From NCBI RefSeq assembly GCF_004010195.1, contig NC_057751.1, forward strand, positions 19,211,462 through 19,242,983: 31,522 bases of DNA. The letters run 5' to 3'. The notes beneath the pieces are model-generated. The model was given only the letters and a program-made list of their open reading frames with translations. It did no database searches and was not told where the DNA came from. The stretch comes from Chiloscyllium plagiosum. Lineage: Eukaryota. Made by a program: the position numbers and the translations under genes. Every line of letters begins with the position of its first letter. Within the stretch, counting starts at the first letter, position 1. Of the stretch, positions 9,551 through 20,856 are shown piece by piece.

Positions 9551-11042
9551 GGAGAATAATGCACGTCAAAGAGGGGTTAGTGTGTGTGATAATGAGGGAA
9601 ACCCTAAGTCTTGGGAGGTGCTGAAGAGTCAGTGAGAGGATTATGATCTGAGTAAAGGAAAAATTCAGAAAGGATAGACAAAGTAAGGAATCAGCGTTGA
9701 AACACCAAGCTGAACGATCAAGTGGATATAAAGTGGAGGTACCTCATGACATGTCTGGTCTGCCAATAATGTTTCAAAATAATGACACTGATGACCAGCT
9801 ATGGTCACAATGCAGATTTCTGACCTCGTCAGGGACACCTATTCAGAACTCACAAAGCCATCTTCCTCCCCAAGCAATTGGCTATAATCAAATATGCTGC
9901 CTGCTGTGAACCAGCAGGCACTAAATCGATCACCTGCCCCAAAAACAACAGGATTACCAGACTTTGTCAATGTGCAGCGTTTACAGGGGGACGCCCCTGG
10001 ATCACTCTGCGCTAAAAGGCTTCTGGATCACTCCAGTTGGCTAACTGTTTATACCTGATGCTTTGTTACCAATGCTAATAATACATGGAATATTTAATTT
10101 TACTCTGCTTTTATTGTCATTTTAAGTTTCAGTTCATAGACGTCAGTTTAAATTGCAGCTGTTTAGAAAACATTCGTACGTTGCTTTGTTTTGTTAAGTG
10201 ATTACTCATTTCTGTTGTCTATAAGTTTACACAATACTATCAGCTATTGGTACTTGGTAACAAAAAAAATTGAAATATTTGTGTACTGATTTCATATTCT
10301 AAGTAAAACATATTAATTCTATCAATTGTTTCCAACATTTTAGAATTAGAGATCTGTGTGTGTGTGTGAGATGACACAAGAACTTAATTAGTATAGTGCT
10401 TACTGTAATTTCAGACAGGACACAATGCAGTGTGTCCAGCAATGGGCTATCAGTTCCATTTGAATGACTCTCAGTTGGCAGGACTGTTTAAAGATTGACT
10501 AGTAGTTACAGCAGCAAAAAAAAACTAAACTGCAAGGAAAAATCTACATGTGACTACTGCTGGTAAAGTTGAAACTTTATTGCTGGAACAGCACAGCAGG
10601 TCAGGCAGCATCCAGGGAACAGGAGATTCGACGTTTCGGGCACAGGCCCTTCTTCAAGCCTTGCTTAAGTGATCAGGAAAGTAGAAGACTTGAAATTAAA
10701 CTTTATTACAACTAAGCACAAAGTAAATAGTAACAGAAGTTATAGAAAAAAACTTAGTTAGGAATCAGGAACTGTGAAATACTTTTCCTGACAGCTTTCA
10801 CATTAGCCAAGTATTAATTTGTTAAAGGAAAATAATTTTTGAATAACTTGAATGGGGTCCCCTGAGGGTTTGATTTTAGGACCACTGATCCTTGTTTATA
10901 ATTGACCGAATTGTTTAGGCAGTACAATTTAGAAGTTGATGGATTGTATAAAACTTGATAATGTCATAAATAGTGAACAGAGTAACAGACTCCAAGGCGA
11001 CTGAGAATGTTGAAATAGGCAGACACAATTTAGTGTCGTTAA

Positions 11043-11200
11043 ATGTGTGACTGTCCTCATACTGATAACCACCTTGGCAAGGAAGGAATGAGAGAGGATA
11101 AGCAAAGATACTTTCAGCAGCTAACATCGTCTCTAGAGTTTCTCCATTCACAGGTAAAGCATGCCTTCGGACGACCGCCCACCCCTCCACAACCTGATCC
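11043..11200 (+). pseudogene. pol: Internally deleted retroviral integrase remnant
   Basis: [11 protein letters not shown] resembles the HxxxHLG zinc-binding start of integrase. It is followed almost directly by [19 protein letters not shown], resembling the helix after the catalytic core of class I ERV integrases; the DDE core is absent. Confidence 0.55.
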
Positions 11201-11225
11201 AATGGATTCAATCATCTCCCCAGTC

Positions 11226-11535
11226 ACGAGCACAAGAAGTGAAGAAGCTAACAACAGTGAAGAGGAGGTCCAAACGCTTTTGGTCAGTGGCCTTCCTATG
11301 GAGATTAAACCACGTGAGCTTTACCTTCTCCTTCGATCATTTAAGTGAGATGAAGGCTCACTGATCAAGCTAACATCAAAACAGCCAGTTGACTTTGTTA
11401 CATTTAACAGCAGAGCAGGAGTAGAAGCAGCAAAGAATGCTGCACTCACCTAGCCTGCTGCTGCACACTCAGATGCACTAGTATCCTCCACCTGAAGCAT
11501 CTCCGCAAAGATGGAAGTCTCAACAGTTTTGTTAA
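11226..11535 (+). pseudogene. RBPMS2: Processed, internally deleted RBPMS-family (RBPMS2/Hermes-like) retrocopy inside the ERV
   Basis: [60 protein letters not shown] matches the RBPMS/RBPMS2 RRM. It then jumps to the C-terminus (A.T*PAAAH..QMH*YPPPEASPQRWKSQQFC-stop; cf. recalled AFTYP..HAQMRWYPP...GWKSRQFC). No introns; in-frame stops and a frameshift. Confidence 0.9.
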
Positions 11536-11891
11536 GTATTTAACTGCCCTTATCCAAGAATTCAGATTTCTCCGTGGAGGGATGCACAAGGACAGACTGG
11601 ATTTTGTTTTCAGGTTGGAGTTTATTGAAGGTGTTTTTGGATAACTGGCTCGTTTCCACTCTACTTGGAGGGGGTGGAGTGGCCACTAAGGACTGTGGAT
11701 TTAAGAACTTTACTGGTAAACACTTTTTTCCCATGGAGGAGGATCCTGGGGATCCTATCTACTGCACGGACTAGTAATTTTTGTTGTTATAATCATTGTA
11801 TGTTGTGTGTCAATAACTTGCTTAAAATACTGGCTGTAAGATTCGTATGAATAAGTTGGTAGCACCTTTTAGGTGGTTATCATGGAATGAT

Positions 11892-11903
11892 AAAAGGAGG
11901 AAA
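11892..11903 (+). promoter_or_regulatory. Polypurine tract
   Basis: AAAAGGAGGAAA, 5 nt upstream of the 3' LTR. Confidence 0.8.
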
Positions 11904-11908
11904 TGAAA

Positions 11909-12433
11909 TGTTAAGGGGTTAATTTGCTCTGCTGAGCTGTAAGAAATTGAATGCTCTAGACGTAGGGTGGTATGTTTCTCTGTCTTACAGGTACAATGTG
12001 ATCAAATTTACATTGCCATCTCCGACTATTCAGAGTAAATTTACATTCTCATCTCCTATTCAGAAGCAATAAGAACACTGCAGTCAAAGTTCTGACCACA
12101 CCCTGCAGTTACACCATTAAGGGATGATCTACATCATATTGTTTCTGGAAATAATCAAATCACTCCATTGTGTCATGAGTGGGATGTGACTATGGGGGAG
12201 TGGCTGGGGGCTGTCTTGTGGGCATTACTGATGGAAATGTAAAATTCTGTATTAAAGGGAGGACTGTTCCCTTGTTCAGAGAGATCTCTTGGCACAGCTT
12301 CACAAAGCCCTGCGAATAGGGTTAAGGGTTCCTCCACAGCTTGTACTTGCTTAATAAAGTTTGACTGTTCACAGACTTTGGCGTATTGCAGTTGCATCAT
12401 GTGTGTAAGAATCTCAAGAAAAAGAACCTAACA
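11909..12433 (+). repeat. 3' LTR (525 bp)
   Basis: Direct repeat of 8190-8732; TGTTAAG...CCTAACA. Confidence 0.93.
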
Positions 12434-12554
12434 CAGGCAGTGTATTAGGATAGAATTAGGCTCCACTGTGATGTCTTCCACAGCCGAACAGTCTGCCAAT
12501 GCTCACTCTAAACCTGCACATGTACAATGGCCACTGGGCAAAATATATGAGACA

Positions 12555-12720
12555 CTACAATATTTAAAAGACATTTGGATATATACATGAATGGGAAAGG
12601 TTTGGAGGGACATAGGGCAGGAGCAGGCAGGCAGGAGTAATTTAGTTTGGGATTATGTTCAGCATGGACTGGTTGGACTGAATGGTCTGTTTCCATGCTG
12701 TATGACTCTGTGACTATGAC
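12555..12720 (+). mobile_element. CR1 LINE 3' tail
   Basis: TTTAAAAGACATTTGGAT...GTTTCCATGCTGTATGACTCT, shared with other CR1 ends in the window. Confidence 0.8.
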
Positions 12721-12793
12721 CTGCTGTCAGCTATGGAACAAGACCTTAGCAGGGAGTCTATGGCCACTGGCCTGCTAAGTGGCTGGTCAAATG

Positions 12794-13730
12794 GAACATT
12801 GAACACAGAACATTACAGCGCAGTACAGGCCCTTTGGCCCTTGATGTTGCGCTGACCTGTGAAACCAATCTGAAGCCCATCTAACCTATTCCAATATCAT
12901 CCATATGTTTAACCAATGACCATTTAAATGCCCTGAAGTGATGACAGGTCCACTACTGCTGCAGGCAGTACATTCCATGCCCTTACTACTCTCTGAGTAA
13001 AGACACTCCCTCTGACATCTGTCCTGTATCTATCACCCTTCAATTTAAAGCTATGTCCCCTTGTGCTAGCCATCACCATCCGAGGAAAAAAGCTTTCACT
13101 GTCCACCCTATCTAACCCTCTGTTCAGCTTGCATGCCTGTATTAAGTCACCTCTTAACCTTCTCTCTGACGAAAACAGCCTCAAGTCCTTCAGCCTTTCC
13201 TCATAAGACTTTCCTTCCATACCAGGCAACATCCTGGTAAATCTCCTCTGCACCCTTTCCAAAGCTTCCACATCCTTCCTGTAATGTGGTGACCAGAACT
13301 GTACGCAATACTCCAAGTGCAGCCGCACCAGAGTTTTGTACAGCTGCAGCATAACCTCATGGCTCTGAAACTCAATCCCTCTACTAATAAAAGTTAATAC
13401 ACCGTACGCCTTCTTAACAATCCTATCGACCTGGGTGGCAGGTTTCAGTGATCTATGGACATGGACAACGAGATCTCTCTGCTCATCCACATTACCAAGA
13501 ATCTTACCATTAGCCCAGTACTCTATATTTCTGTTACTCCTTCCAAAGCAAATTACCTCACACCTTTCCACATGAAATTCCATTTGCTACCTCTCAGCCC
13601 TGCTCTGCAGCCAATTGTTGTCCCTCTGTAAGCTGCAACATCCTTCCACACTGTCCACAACTCCATAGGTTTTAGTGTCATCGGCAAATTTACTAACCCA
13701 TCCTTCTACACCCTCATCCAGGTCATTTAT
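12794..13730 (-). mobile_element. CR1/HER1 LINE 3' part with a 219-aa open ORF2 segment
   Basis: ORF 12924..13583 has LYKTLVRLHLEYCVQFWSPHYRKDVEALERVQRRFTRMLPG; FADDTK motif near 13670-13690. Confidence 0.93.
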
Positions 13731-13818
13731 AGAGGCTAGCAATTCTCTATTGTCATCATGGAAATCAGTGACAAGGGAAGGGATAGCGTTCAGTGTTTCT
13801 GTTGACTGCAGTACTTAC

Positions 13819-13934
13819 ATGTGAGGACTCAGCTCATACAGGTTACAGCTGCGGTACGCATTGATCTTCTCCAGGCTGTAGATTGGTAGCATCATATAGG
13901 GATTGATCGAAATAACCACACTCCCAATGTAAGT
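13819..13934 (-). CDS. MYO1A/MYO1B: Myosin I coding exon 2: TYIGSVVISINPYMMLPIYSLEKINAYRSCNLYELSPH(I)
   Basis: Myosin motor motif TYIG.VVISxNPY; acceptor tttttctcag, donor gtaagt; 116 nt, phase 0 to 2. Confidence 0.95.
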
Positions 13935-14459
13935 CTGAGAAAAAATATTAAACACCAAGAGTGTATCAGCATCCTAGTGATAGTACTCAAGATTGTCCTA
14001 GTTCAGCTTTTGAGCCCTGACCACATTAGTACACACTTCACTCAGGTCTGAGCACACTGCTACAACCCCATTCAGTGGCACCCATTGTACATTAGGTAAT
14101 GTGTACATACTGTGGTGCTGGCTTAGAACCTGGATGCCAGGTTGCTGGGGTTGGATAGTGATGGTAGTGGCTCCAACTTTCTTTCCAGCACATGGTTGAT
14201 CAAGAATCTCTCCCGCTCTCATCATCTGCTATTGGCATGTGTTGGAAGGACTTATAGGCAAACGACCAAGCTGTATGGCTGTGAGAGGAACACATCTTTC
14301 TTGGCCATCGGGTGGGACTCAAAGCTGGAGCTTCTCACTCAGGGGCAGGGATGTTACCCACAAGATCTCCTCTTTCTGCAGTGCCCAAATAAAATACCCG
14401 ATCAAACTCACAGACCATTCTCTGCCATATAATGGATGAGGTATCACTAAGAATTTTTT

Positions 14460-14675
14460 GTCGTTCTGCTATAATGCACGTTTCATCAATGCAAATTCAC
14501 TGTAATGCAATTGACAAATTGGGCACACTGTTTCTACAGCGCAAACTTTTAAAGCAGGTATTGGTTATAATGTGATTCTGCCCCCATTAGTTTAAATGGT
14601 GCTGCTACTACGCAACTTTCTTATCACACGGGATTGCACGAGAACAGAGATATCGTGTTATAGCAGAGCCGACTG
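14460..14675. mobile_element. MITE-like DNA transposon remnant (Tc1/mariner-pogo-like)
   Basis: Imperfect terminal inverted repeats GTCGTTCTGCTATAATGC ... GTGTTATAGCAGAGCCGAC. Confidence 0.6.
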
Positions 14676-15292
14676 TGCCTCAGTCTATCTCCCAATCAGT
14701 CCCAGCCACATCAGTCGTCAGTGCTGACAGAGTTGGCTGGGCATTCTCCCAACTGTTTAGGACAATACCTGAGGGAATCTTTGGCATGTATATTTACAAA
14801 CTATTCACAATTTCTCCCTCCCTATCAGCTCCAAAATGTTCTCCCCTCTCTGTTCCTGTAAACATTGATTCCTGCTGGGAAACGGTTCCATAGGCACAGA
14901 TTGCCCTCTGGTCACTTTCCTATTTGTCATTCCTTACTTGCATCAGTTAAGACAGAGAGGCTGAAAATTCCCTGTATTTTTGTCCTTTACTCAGGTGAAG
15001 GGTAAATGGGACTTATAGCCTCTCAAACCCACACTATTGTCAGTGGAATCATAGCCAGATTTTATCCTGTCCAGTGAAAGTCACTAGATAGCAATCAGGA
15101 GTTGAAATGATGACTGACCCTAACCCAGAAATCCTGCCGTCTCATCCATGGCCTGGCTGAGATTAGCTAACTCTGCACGGACTGGCCTTCCTGGGGTTCA
15201 GCGCCTCACCTGAACAGTACATTTATTAATTGTACAATACGAGACTCAACTTACTGTTACAGACATCATGAGGCTTTCTTCAATGTACTTAC

Positions 15293-15418
15293 ATAAATGT
15301 CATTGTTATTGAATCTTTTCTTGAGGTTAGAGAGTAAAGATTCATCAGTGAGGGGGTCTAACAGCACCATGTCACCCACCCCAACCATATTGTCCAGATA
15401 GGAAGACTTCTTCGCCAT
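15293..15418 (-). CDS. MYO1A/MYO1B: Class I unconventional myosin (MYO1A/MYO1B subfamily), coding exon 1: MAKKSSYLDNMVGVGDMVLLDPLTDESLLSNLKKRFNNNDIY
   Basis: Manual minus-strand translation resembles the myosin-Ib/Ia N-terminus (LDNMxGVGDMVLL.PL). Acceptor ttctttgcag (exon starts 15427, 9 nt of 5'UTR), ATG at 15418, donor gtaagt after 15293; 126 nt, phase 0. Confidence 0.95.
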
Positions 15419-16884
15419 TGTTAGTTACTGCAAAGAATGAAACCAGCATTAAATTAATGAAACAATTTAGCAGTGCGAACACAATGAAACGGTTGATACT
15501 GCAGGCAGCTATGACCAGATATGAATGCAGACTGTGTCTTGTAGGGTTGCACAAGCTCTTTTCAAAGTCCAAAGTCTCTCTGTTACGAACACTGACAATA
15601 AATATTGCTGCCATTCACCTACATCACCTTTCACTTTCTGCATCACTGCTCTAAGGAATGGGAGCCATATTATGTGAGTGAATGGGGCATAGTGTTTTGA
15701 GGGTTTGTGGGGGGCAGCGCAATGTGCACCCTTCCAGGGTATGGTGCTAGATAAATGAAATGGAAGGGATTTTCTCTCCATTTCCATTGTTGTGGTCTCC
15801 CAGTGCAATGGCTGACCTGCATCCTCTGAGCTGACACAACCTCTGATTGAACAGGGAGGAGTCTGGATTTCTTCATCGTCTGATCAGAAGATACATAACT
15901 GAGCTGGTGAACACTGTGTGTCAAGAATGATGAGATTAAACGCAGAGCCCTCTCGTACCTTGTATCAAAAAACATTCTTATCAAGCTAAAAATTATCATG
16001 AGTCATGAAAAATAAAACTTTCAATGTTTCTGTTGACCCAACCAATTAAAAGGAAAGATCCTTCACTTGGTGAAAATGCAGGAAAATCATCTGAAATTTT
16101 CCCAATGATTATAAGTTTCGATCATCGATTAATATTGTATCCCTTTAATAACAGCCCAGGCTGTTTGCACACTTTGCCATTTTAAACATTTGTGAATTGA
16201 GTTCTTTTGTGTGATTTCTAATACACATTAATTTGTCTGCAATTCAGTGCTGTGATATTATAGCTACAAAGCTCGACCTTAATGCTAATCAATAACACTT
16301 TCATCTCTGGGCTTCATCCATTAGGAGCTTCTCCTGTAACAAAAAACATAGCAGCCTAGTACCGAACTGGTGCATCTATTGGGAGTCACAGAGAGAAGTA
16401 ATTAGAATAAAGCGCTGATAAACAAATAGATCTCGAAAGGATTATGTGGATATATGCTCTTATACAGCGCTTCCCAAACTTTCTCCCACTGTAAAGCCAT
16501 TTTGAGGCTTGAAAATTGGGGCAACTCCTCAGTGAGAGTGCGAGCACAGCTTTTGTTATTGGTGCGTAGTTCCATAGCAATCATAATGGCCTCAGATCTC
16601 ATGACCCCAACATTTCAGGTCTTAACTCCAACTTGGATCCCAACCATCACTTTGAAAAGCGCTGATTTAACACCTTCCACCTCTGGCTTTTGATTCAAGT
16701 GCAAACATATTGATTCAAGTGCAATCTACTTTCATTTACAGCCTGACGTCCATGCTTTAAGTGGCTGTAAATATTGGTATTACAAAGAATGATCAGGTCA
16801 GAGGTACACTGGCAATGGAATAAGGGAACACTTATACCAACTCCCAGGTTAACATCACAAGTCAGTAGGGTACCAATGGGCAGT

Positions 16885-17290
16885 TCACAGAATCATATAA
16901 TGGTGCAGCACAGAAAGAGGCTATTCAGTTCAGTGTGACTGTGCCAGATCTTTGGAAAAGCTAGCCGGATAATTCCTCCCTCTCCTTCTCTTTCTTGATA
17001 GCCTTACAAGTATTTCTCTGCTAGTATTTATCCAATTTCCTTTTTAAAGGTTATTGCTCGGTCTGCTTCTTCTGTGTATCCTGCTTCCCCTTTGAGTGCA
17101 TCTGTGGTCTTTGTCTCAACCATGCTCAGTAAAGGCAGCTTCCACAATCTCGCCACTCTCCAAAATATTCTAACCAGGCACTCCACAGAACTGCAACCCT
17201 CTTGTCCCTGGTACCATTCTGGTAAATCTCCTCTGCACCCCCTGCAGGGCCTTGACCATCCTTTCTTAAGTGCATTCCTTTTGCTCCAGG
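16885..17290 (-). mobile_element. Old CR1 LINE fragment
   Basis: Degenerate match to other CR1 3' ends (CTGGTAAATCTCCTCTGCACCC is shared with ~13235). Confidence 0.7.
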
Positions 17291-17806
17291 ATCTGGGTTA
17301 AGCATTTTGCCAAAACATGGCTCCAAATCCTCCCTCTTGCCATAGTCCTGGCTCCAGGGGCAAACAGGACCCCTCCCTTTGTTACGTTCCAATGCTGCAG
17401 TCTCCTTACAGTATTCATTATCAGAACATTACACTGACCTTGCACGATTCCTCCTAAATTAAATGGAAGTAAGATAACAATTTGTCAGCTATGCATTAAC
17501 ATTCTGCTAGTTGTACGATAATGTTCATGATTATGATGATTGATCTTTGGAGTATCATATACTTATCTCAACTAAGGAGTGATATAAATGTTGGTATTCT
17601 GAGAAAGTGCTGACAGACTGTGAAGTAGACTGAGTAACACAGAGATAACGAAGCCCTGCTAGTTCCATCAATGCTAGTGGAAGCATCCTAACTCCTAAAT
17701 GAGAGATGCTAAAGGTTAATGCATGTGTACAAGAATGTGGCACTGACATCTTGTGATTCCTGGGAATCGGCATTACAATGCCAGTAATAAATAGTACAAT
17801 GATCAG

Positions 17807-19313
17807 TCTTGAAAATAGTCCACATTACAGAAGAGGAAGTGCTGGAGGTCTTAAAAAACAGAAACGTGGATAAATCTCCAGGATCTAATCTAGTGCGTCC
17901 CAGGATGTTGTGGGAAGTTTGGGAAGAAATTGCAGGGCCGCTAGCAGAGATATTTGTATCATCTATAGCCACAGAAGAGGTGCTGGAGGACTGGAGGGTG
18001 GCTAATGTTGTGCCTTTATTTTACAAAGGTGGTAAGGAGAAGCTTGGGAACTATAGACCGGTGAGCCCGACATTGGTGGTGGGTAAGTTGTTGGAGGGAA
18101 TCCTGAGGGACAGGATCTACATGTATTTGGAAAGAGGCAACGGACGATAAGGGATAGTCAGCTTGATTTTGTGCGTGGGAAATTGTGATTGGGTTTTTGT
18201 GAGGACGTAACTAAAAAGATCAATGAGAGCAGAATGGCAGGTGTTGTCAGCGTTTGACAACACCTGCCATTCCGCAAGGTAGATTAATCAGTAACGTTAG
18301 ATCACATGGGATTCAGGGAGAGCTGGCCAGTTGGATACAAATTGGCTTGATGGTAAGAGACAGAGGGTGGTGGTGGAGGGTTGTTTCTCAGACTGGAGGC
18401 CTGGGACCAATAGTGTTCCATAGGGATTGGTCCTGGCTCCACTTTTATTATCCATTTATTTAAATGATTTGGATTAGAATATAGGAGGTATGGTTTGTAA
18501 GTTTGCAAGAAAATGGAGGTTGTTGGGATAGTGGACAGGGAAGAAGGTTATTTAAGATTACAAAGGGATTTTGATCAATTAGACCAAAAGGCTGAGGAGT
18601 GGGAGATGGAGTTTAATTTGGATAAATTGCATTTTGGGAAAACAAACAAGAGCAGGACTTATATATTTAATGGGTAGCGTCCTGGATAGTGTTGTTAAAC
18701 AGAGAGACCTAGGGGTTCAGGTACATAGTTCTTTGAAAGTTGCATAGTTCTTTGAAAGGGTGGTTAAGAAGGCATTTAGCGCATTTGCCTTCATTGCTCA
18801 GACCATTGAGTATAGGAGTTGGGGCATCAGGTTGAGGTTGTACAGGATGTTGGTCAGGCCATTTCTAGGGTACTGTGTTTAGTTCTGGTTGCCCTGCTAT
18901 AGGAAGGGCATGATTAAATCAGAGAGGGTTGAGAAGAGATTTACCGGGATGTTGCCTGGACTGGAGGGCTTGAGTTATAAGGAGAGGCTGGGACTGTTTT
19001 CACTGGAGCACAGGAGGTTGGGGGGTGACCTTATAGAGGTTTATAAAATCATGAGGGCTATAGATAAGGTGAATAGCAAAGGTCTTTTCCTTAGGGTAAG
19101 GGAGTTCAAAACTAGGGGGGCATAACTAGAGAAAGTGGGAGATGCAGGTACAATTCCAACATTTAAAAAAACATTTGGATGGTTACATGATTAGGAAAGG
19201 TTTACAGGGATATGGGCCAAACACAGGAAAGTAGGTCGAAATTTAGTTTGGGAAATCTGGTTGGCGTGGATGGATCGGAGCGAAGGGTCTGTTCCCATGC
19301 TGTATGACTCTAT
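17807..19313 (+). mobile_element. CR1/HER1 LINE, 5'-truncated ORF2 with frameshifts
   Basis: ORF 17809..18150 has KSPG...EDWRVANVVPLFYKGGKEKLGNYRPVS; ORF 18889..19125; CR1 tail. Confidence 0.93.
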
Positions 19314-19833
19314 CTAGTACATTGGTACAATTCATTGGAGACTGGAGGAGCAAAGACTTGCGATGCCTGGGGATAAAGGGAGAATGGGGATTAATTGCTT
19401 CGATCTTTCAAAGAATTAGCACTGACTCCGTGGGCCGAATGGGCACTTGCTGTGCTGTACTATTCTGTGAGGTACCGGTCATCCTTTTGTTTTAATCGAG
19501 AGAGACGGCTGCATTGCGCAATTCTCAAAAATCTGCTCCAAACTTTGACAAATCTATCAAGACCATCATAGTTTTTTTTTTGTTGTTGTTAAGGCAAGTC
19601 GATCTGCTCCAATTGACCAAGTTAGATACTTGGGTCTCAGGGAAACTACACGTCGCCCAGTGTAAAAACAAACGGTCTTGCCCACTGTGTAACGAAATCC
19701 CATTCAACAGAGAAGCAAAATCGATTTGGACTCAAAGCATCTTTTTTTAAAAAAAGGTTAACCAATATTCGAATTGACCAGCAAAGGAGTTTTGAATCCC
19801 ACTATTTTAAGTATTCGGAATTAATTTCCTTAC

Positions 19834-20112
19834 CTTGAATGCAATGTGTGTAATTCTGTCTGGCGTGTAGTGAGAAAGTTGTCTTGCCAAGCGGTGAGCG
19901 GTTTAAATATTTTCTCTCTCTCTCTCTCTGATTGTCTGTCCCCGGTTGGGTTTCAGACTCTCGCCTCCATCCTTCCTCTCTTTGCTGATGCTGGGGAAAT
20001 GCTGCTCTCCCTTCAGCCCGGCTCCCTCTCCAAATCTTCAACGTCACTGCCTCCACCTGTCCTCCAGGAGCTGTATTTAAACTCAGACTAAAAATACACC
20101 GTCCAAAGGGCA
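19834..20112 (-). promoter_or_regulatory. Candidate promoter and non-coding first exon of the myosin I gene
   Basis: Coding exon 1 has a splice acceptor, so an upstream exon must exist. Here unique sequence has a strong minus-strand donor CAAG|GTAAGG (exon end 19834), TATA-like TTTAAATA (20081-20074) ~33 nt above an Inr-like gcAgt (20048), and DR1/HNF4-like cgtccaaagggca (20100-20112). Confidence 0.45.
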
Positions 20113-20129
20113 CTGACAGATATCATTAA

Positions 20130-20232
20130 ACAACCTGTTCAGAGATGTTATGACACACCTCTGGAGCAGGTGGGGTGGGCTTGAACCCCTGGCTCAGAGG
20201 TGGGGACACTACTACTGCACCACAGGAGCCCC
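20130..20232 (-). mobile_element. tRNA-like SINE head (same family as 5442-5541 on + and ~14290-14362 on -)
   Basis: Shared ACCTCTGAGCCAGG...CAGAGG.GTGT.ATAACA.CTCTGAA between copies. Confidence 0.6.
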
Positions 20233-20856
20233 TGGCACTTGCTTGTAAGCTGATGGCATCATCAGGCAAGGAAGCATATTTAAGGATCTGGAAGGAATTC
20301 ATTTGAAACCTTTGTGTCAATGGAGCAAATAGTGTCTCAGCACTTGGCTCAATTTCTTTTCTTAGCTTATCTGAGGCATGGTCAGCAAAGTTCTGTCAGG
20401 GGAAACACTGTAAGTCCCTACTGCTGGCAGTCCTCCAAATACTGCCCTCAGAAATACTCAACGGATAGATGTGTGGGAAGTTGCAATGTAGACTGCATTG
20501 ATTACTCCTGGTGAGAAATTCTTCCTGACCCCAGTCCCTAATTCAGCATTCATCTATTCCTTTCTCTACTCCACACTCAGAACAACTTGCATTTATGTAG
20601 CACCTTCGGCTGAGGAAAACATCCCGAGGTGCTTCACAACAGCAATTATCAAACAAAACTTGGCAACAAAGCACTTCAGGAGATATTGGGTGACCCAAGG
20701 CTTGGTTGAAAACCAATTATAGTACTTCGAGAGAGAGGACTGTCCAGCACCGTAACACTTTCCCAGGATATCCACAGACACTATACAGCCAGTAAATAGA
20801 TTGTGATGCGCAATCACTGCAGGCAATGCGTGCCTTGATCCCAAATGGACTAGTTC

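Larger units (their letters stand above)
8190..12433 (+). mobile_element. Internally deleted endogenous retrovirus (class I, gamma/epsilon-like) with two LTRs, antisense within a myosin intron
   Basis: Direct repeats 8190-8732 and 11909-12433 with TG...CA ends; PBS at 8735; purine tract at 11892-11903; flanks CAGA/CAGG (4-bp TSD with 1 mismatch); Gag-MA and integrase remnants inside. Confidence 0.92.

Noticed and set aside
11226..11535. Functional nested RBPMS2 gene
   Set aside because: Intronless, with stops, a frameshift and a large internal deletion; treated as a captured pseudogene.
12924..13583. 219-aa ORF as a domesticated gene
   Set aside because: Ordinary 3' portion of CR1 ORF2, 5'-truncated, with many similar copies in the window.
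16690..16724. Short direct repeat TTGATTCAAGTGCAA x2
   Set aside because: Simple local duplication with no associated structure.
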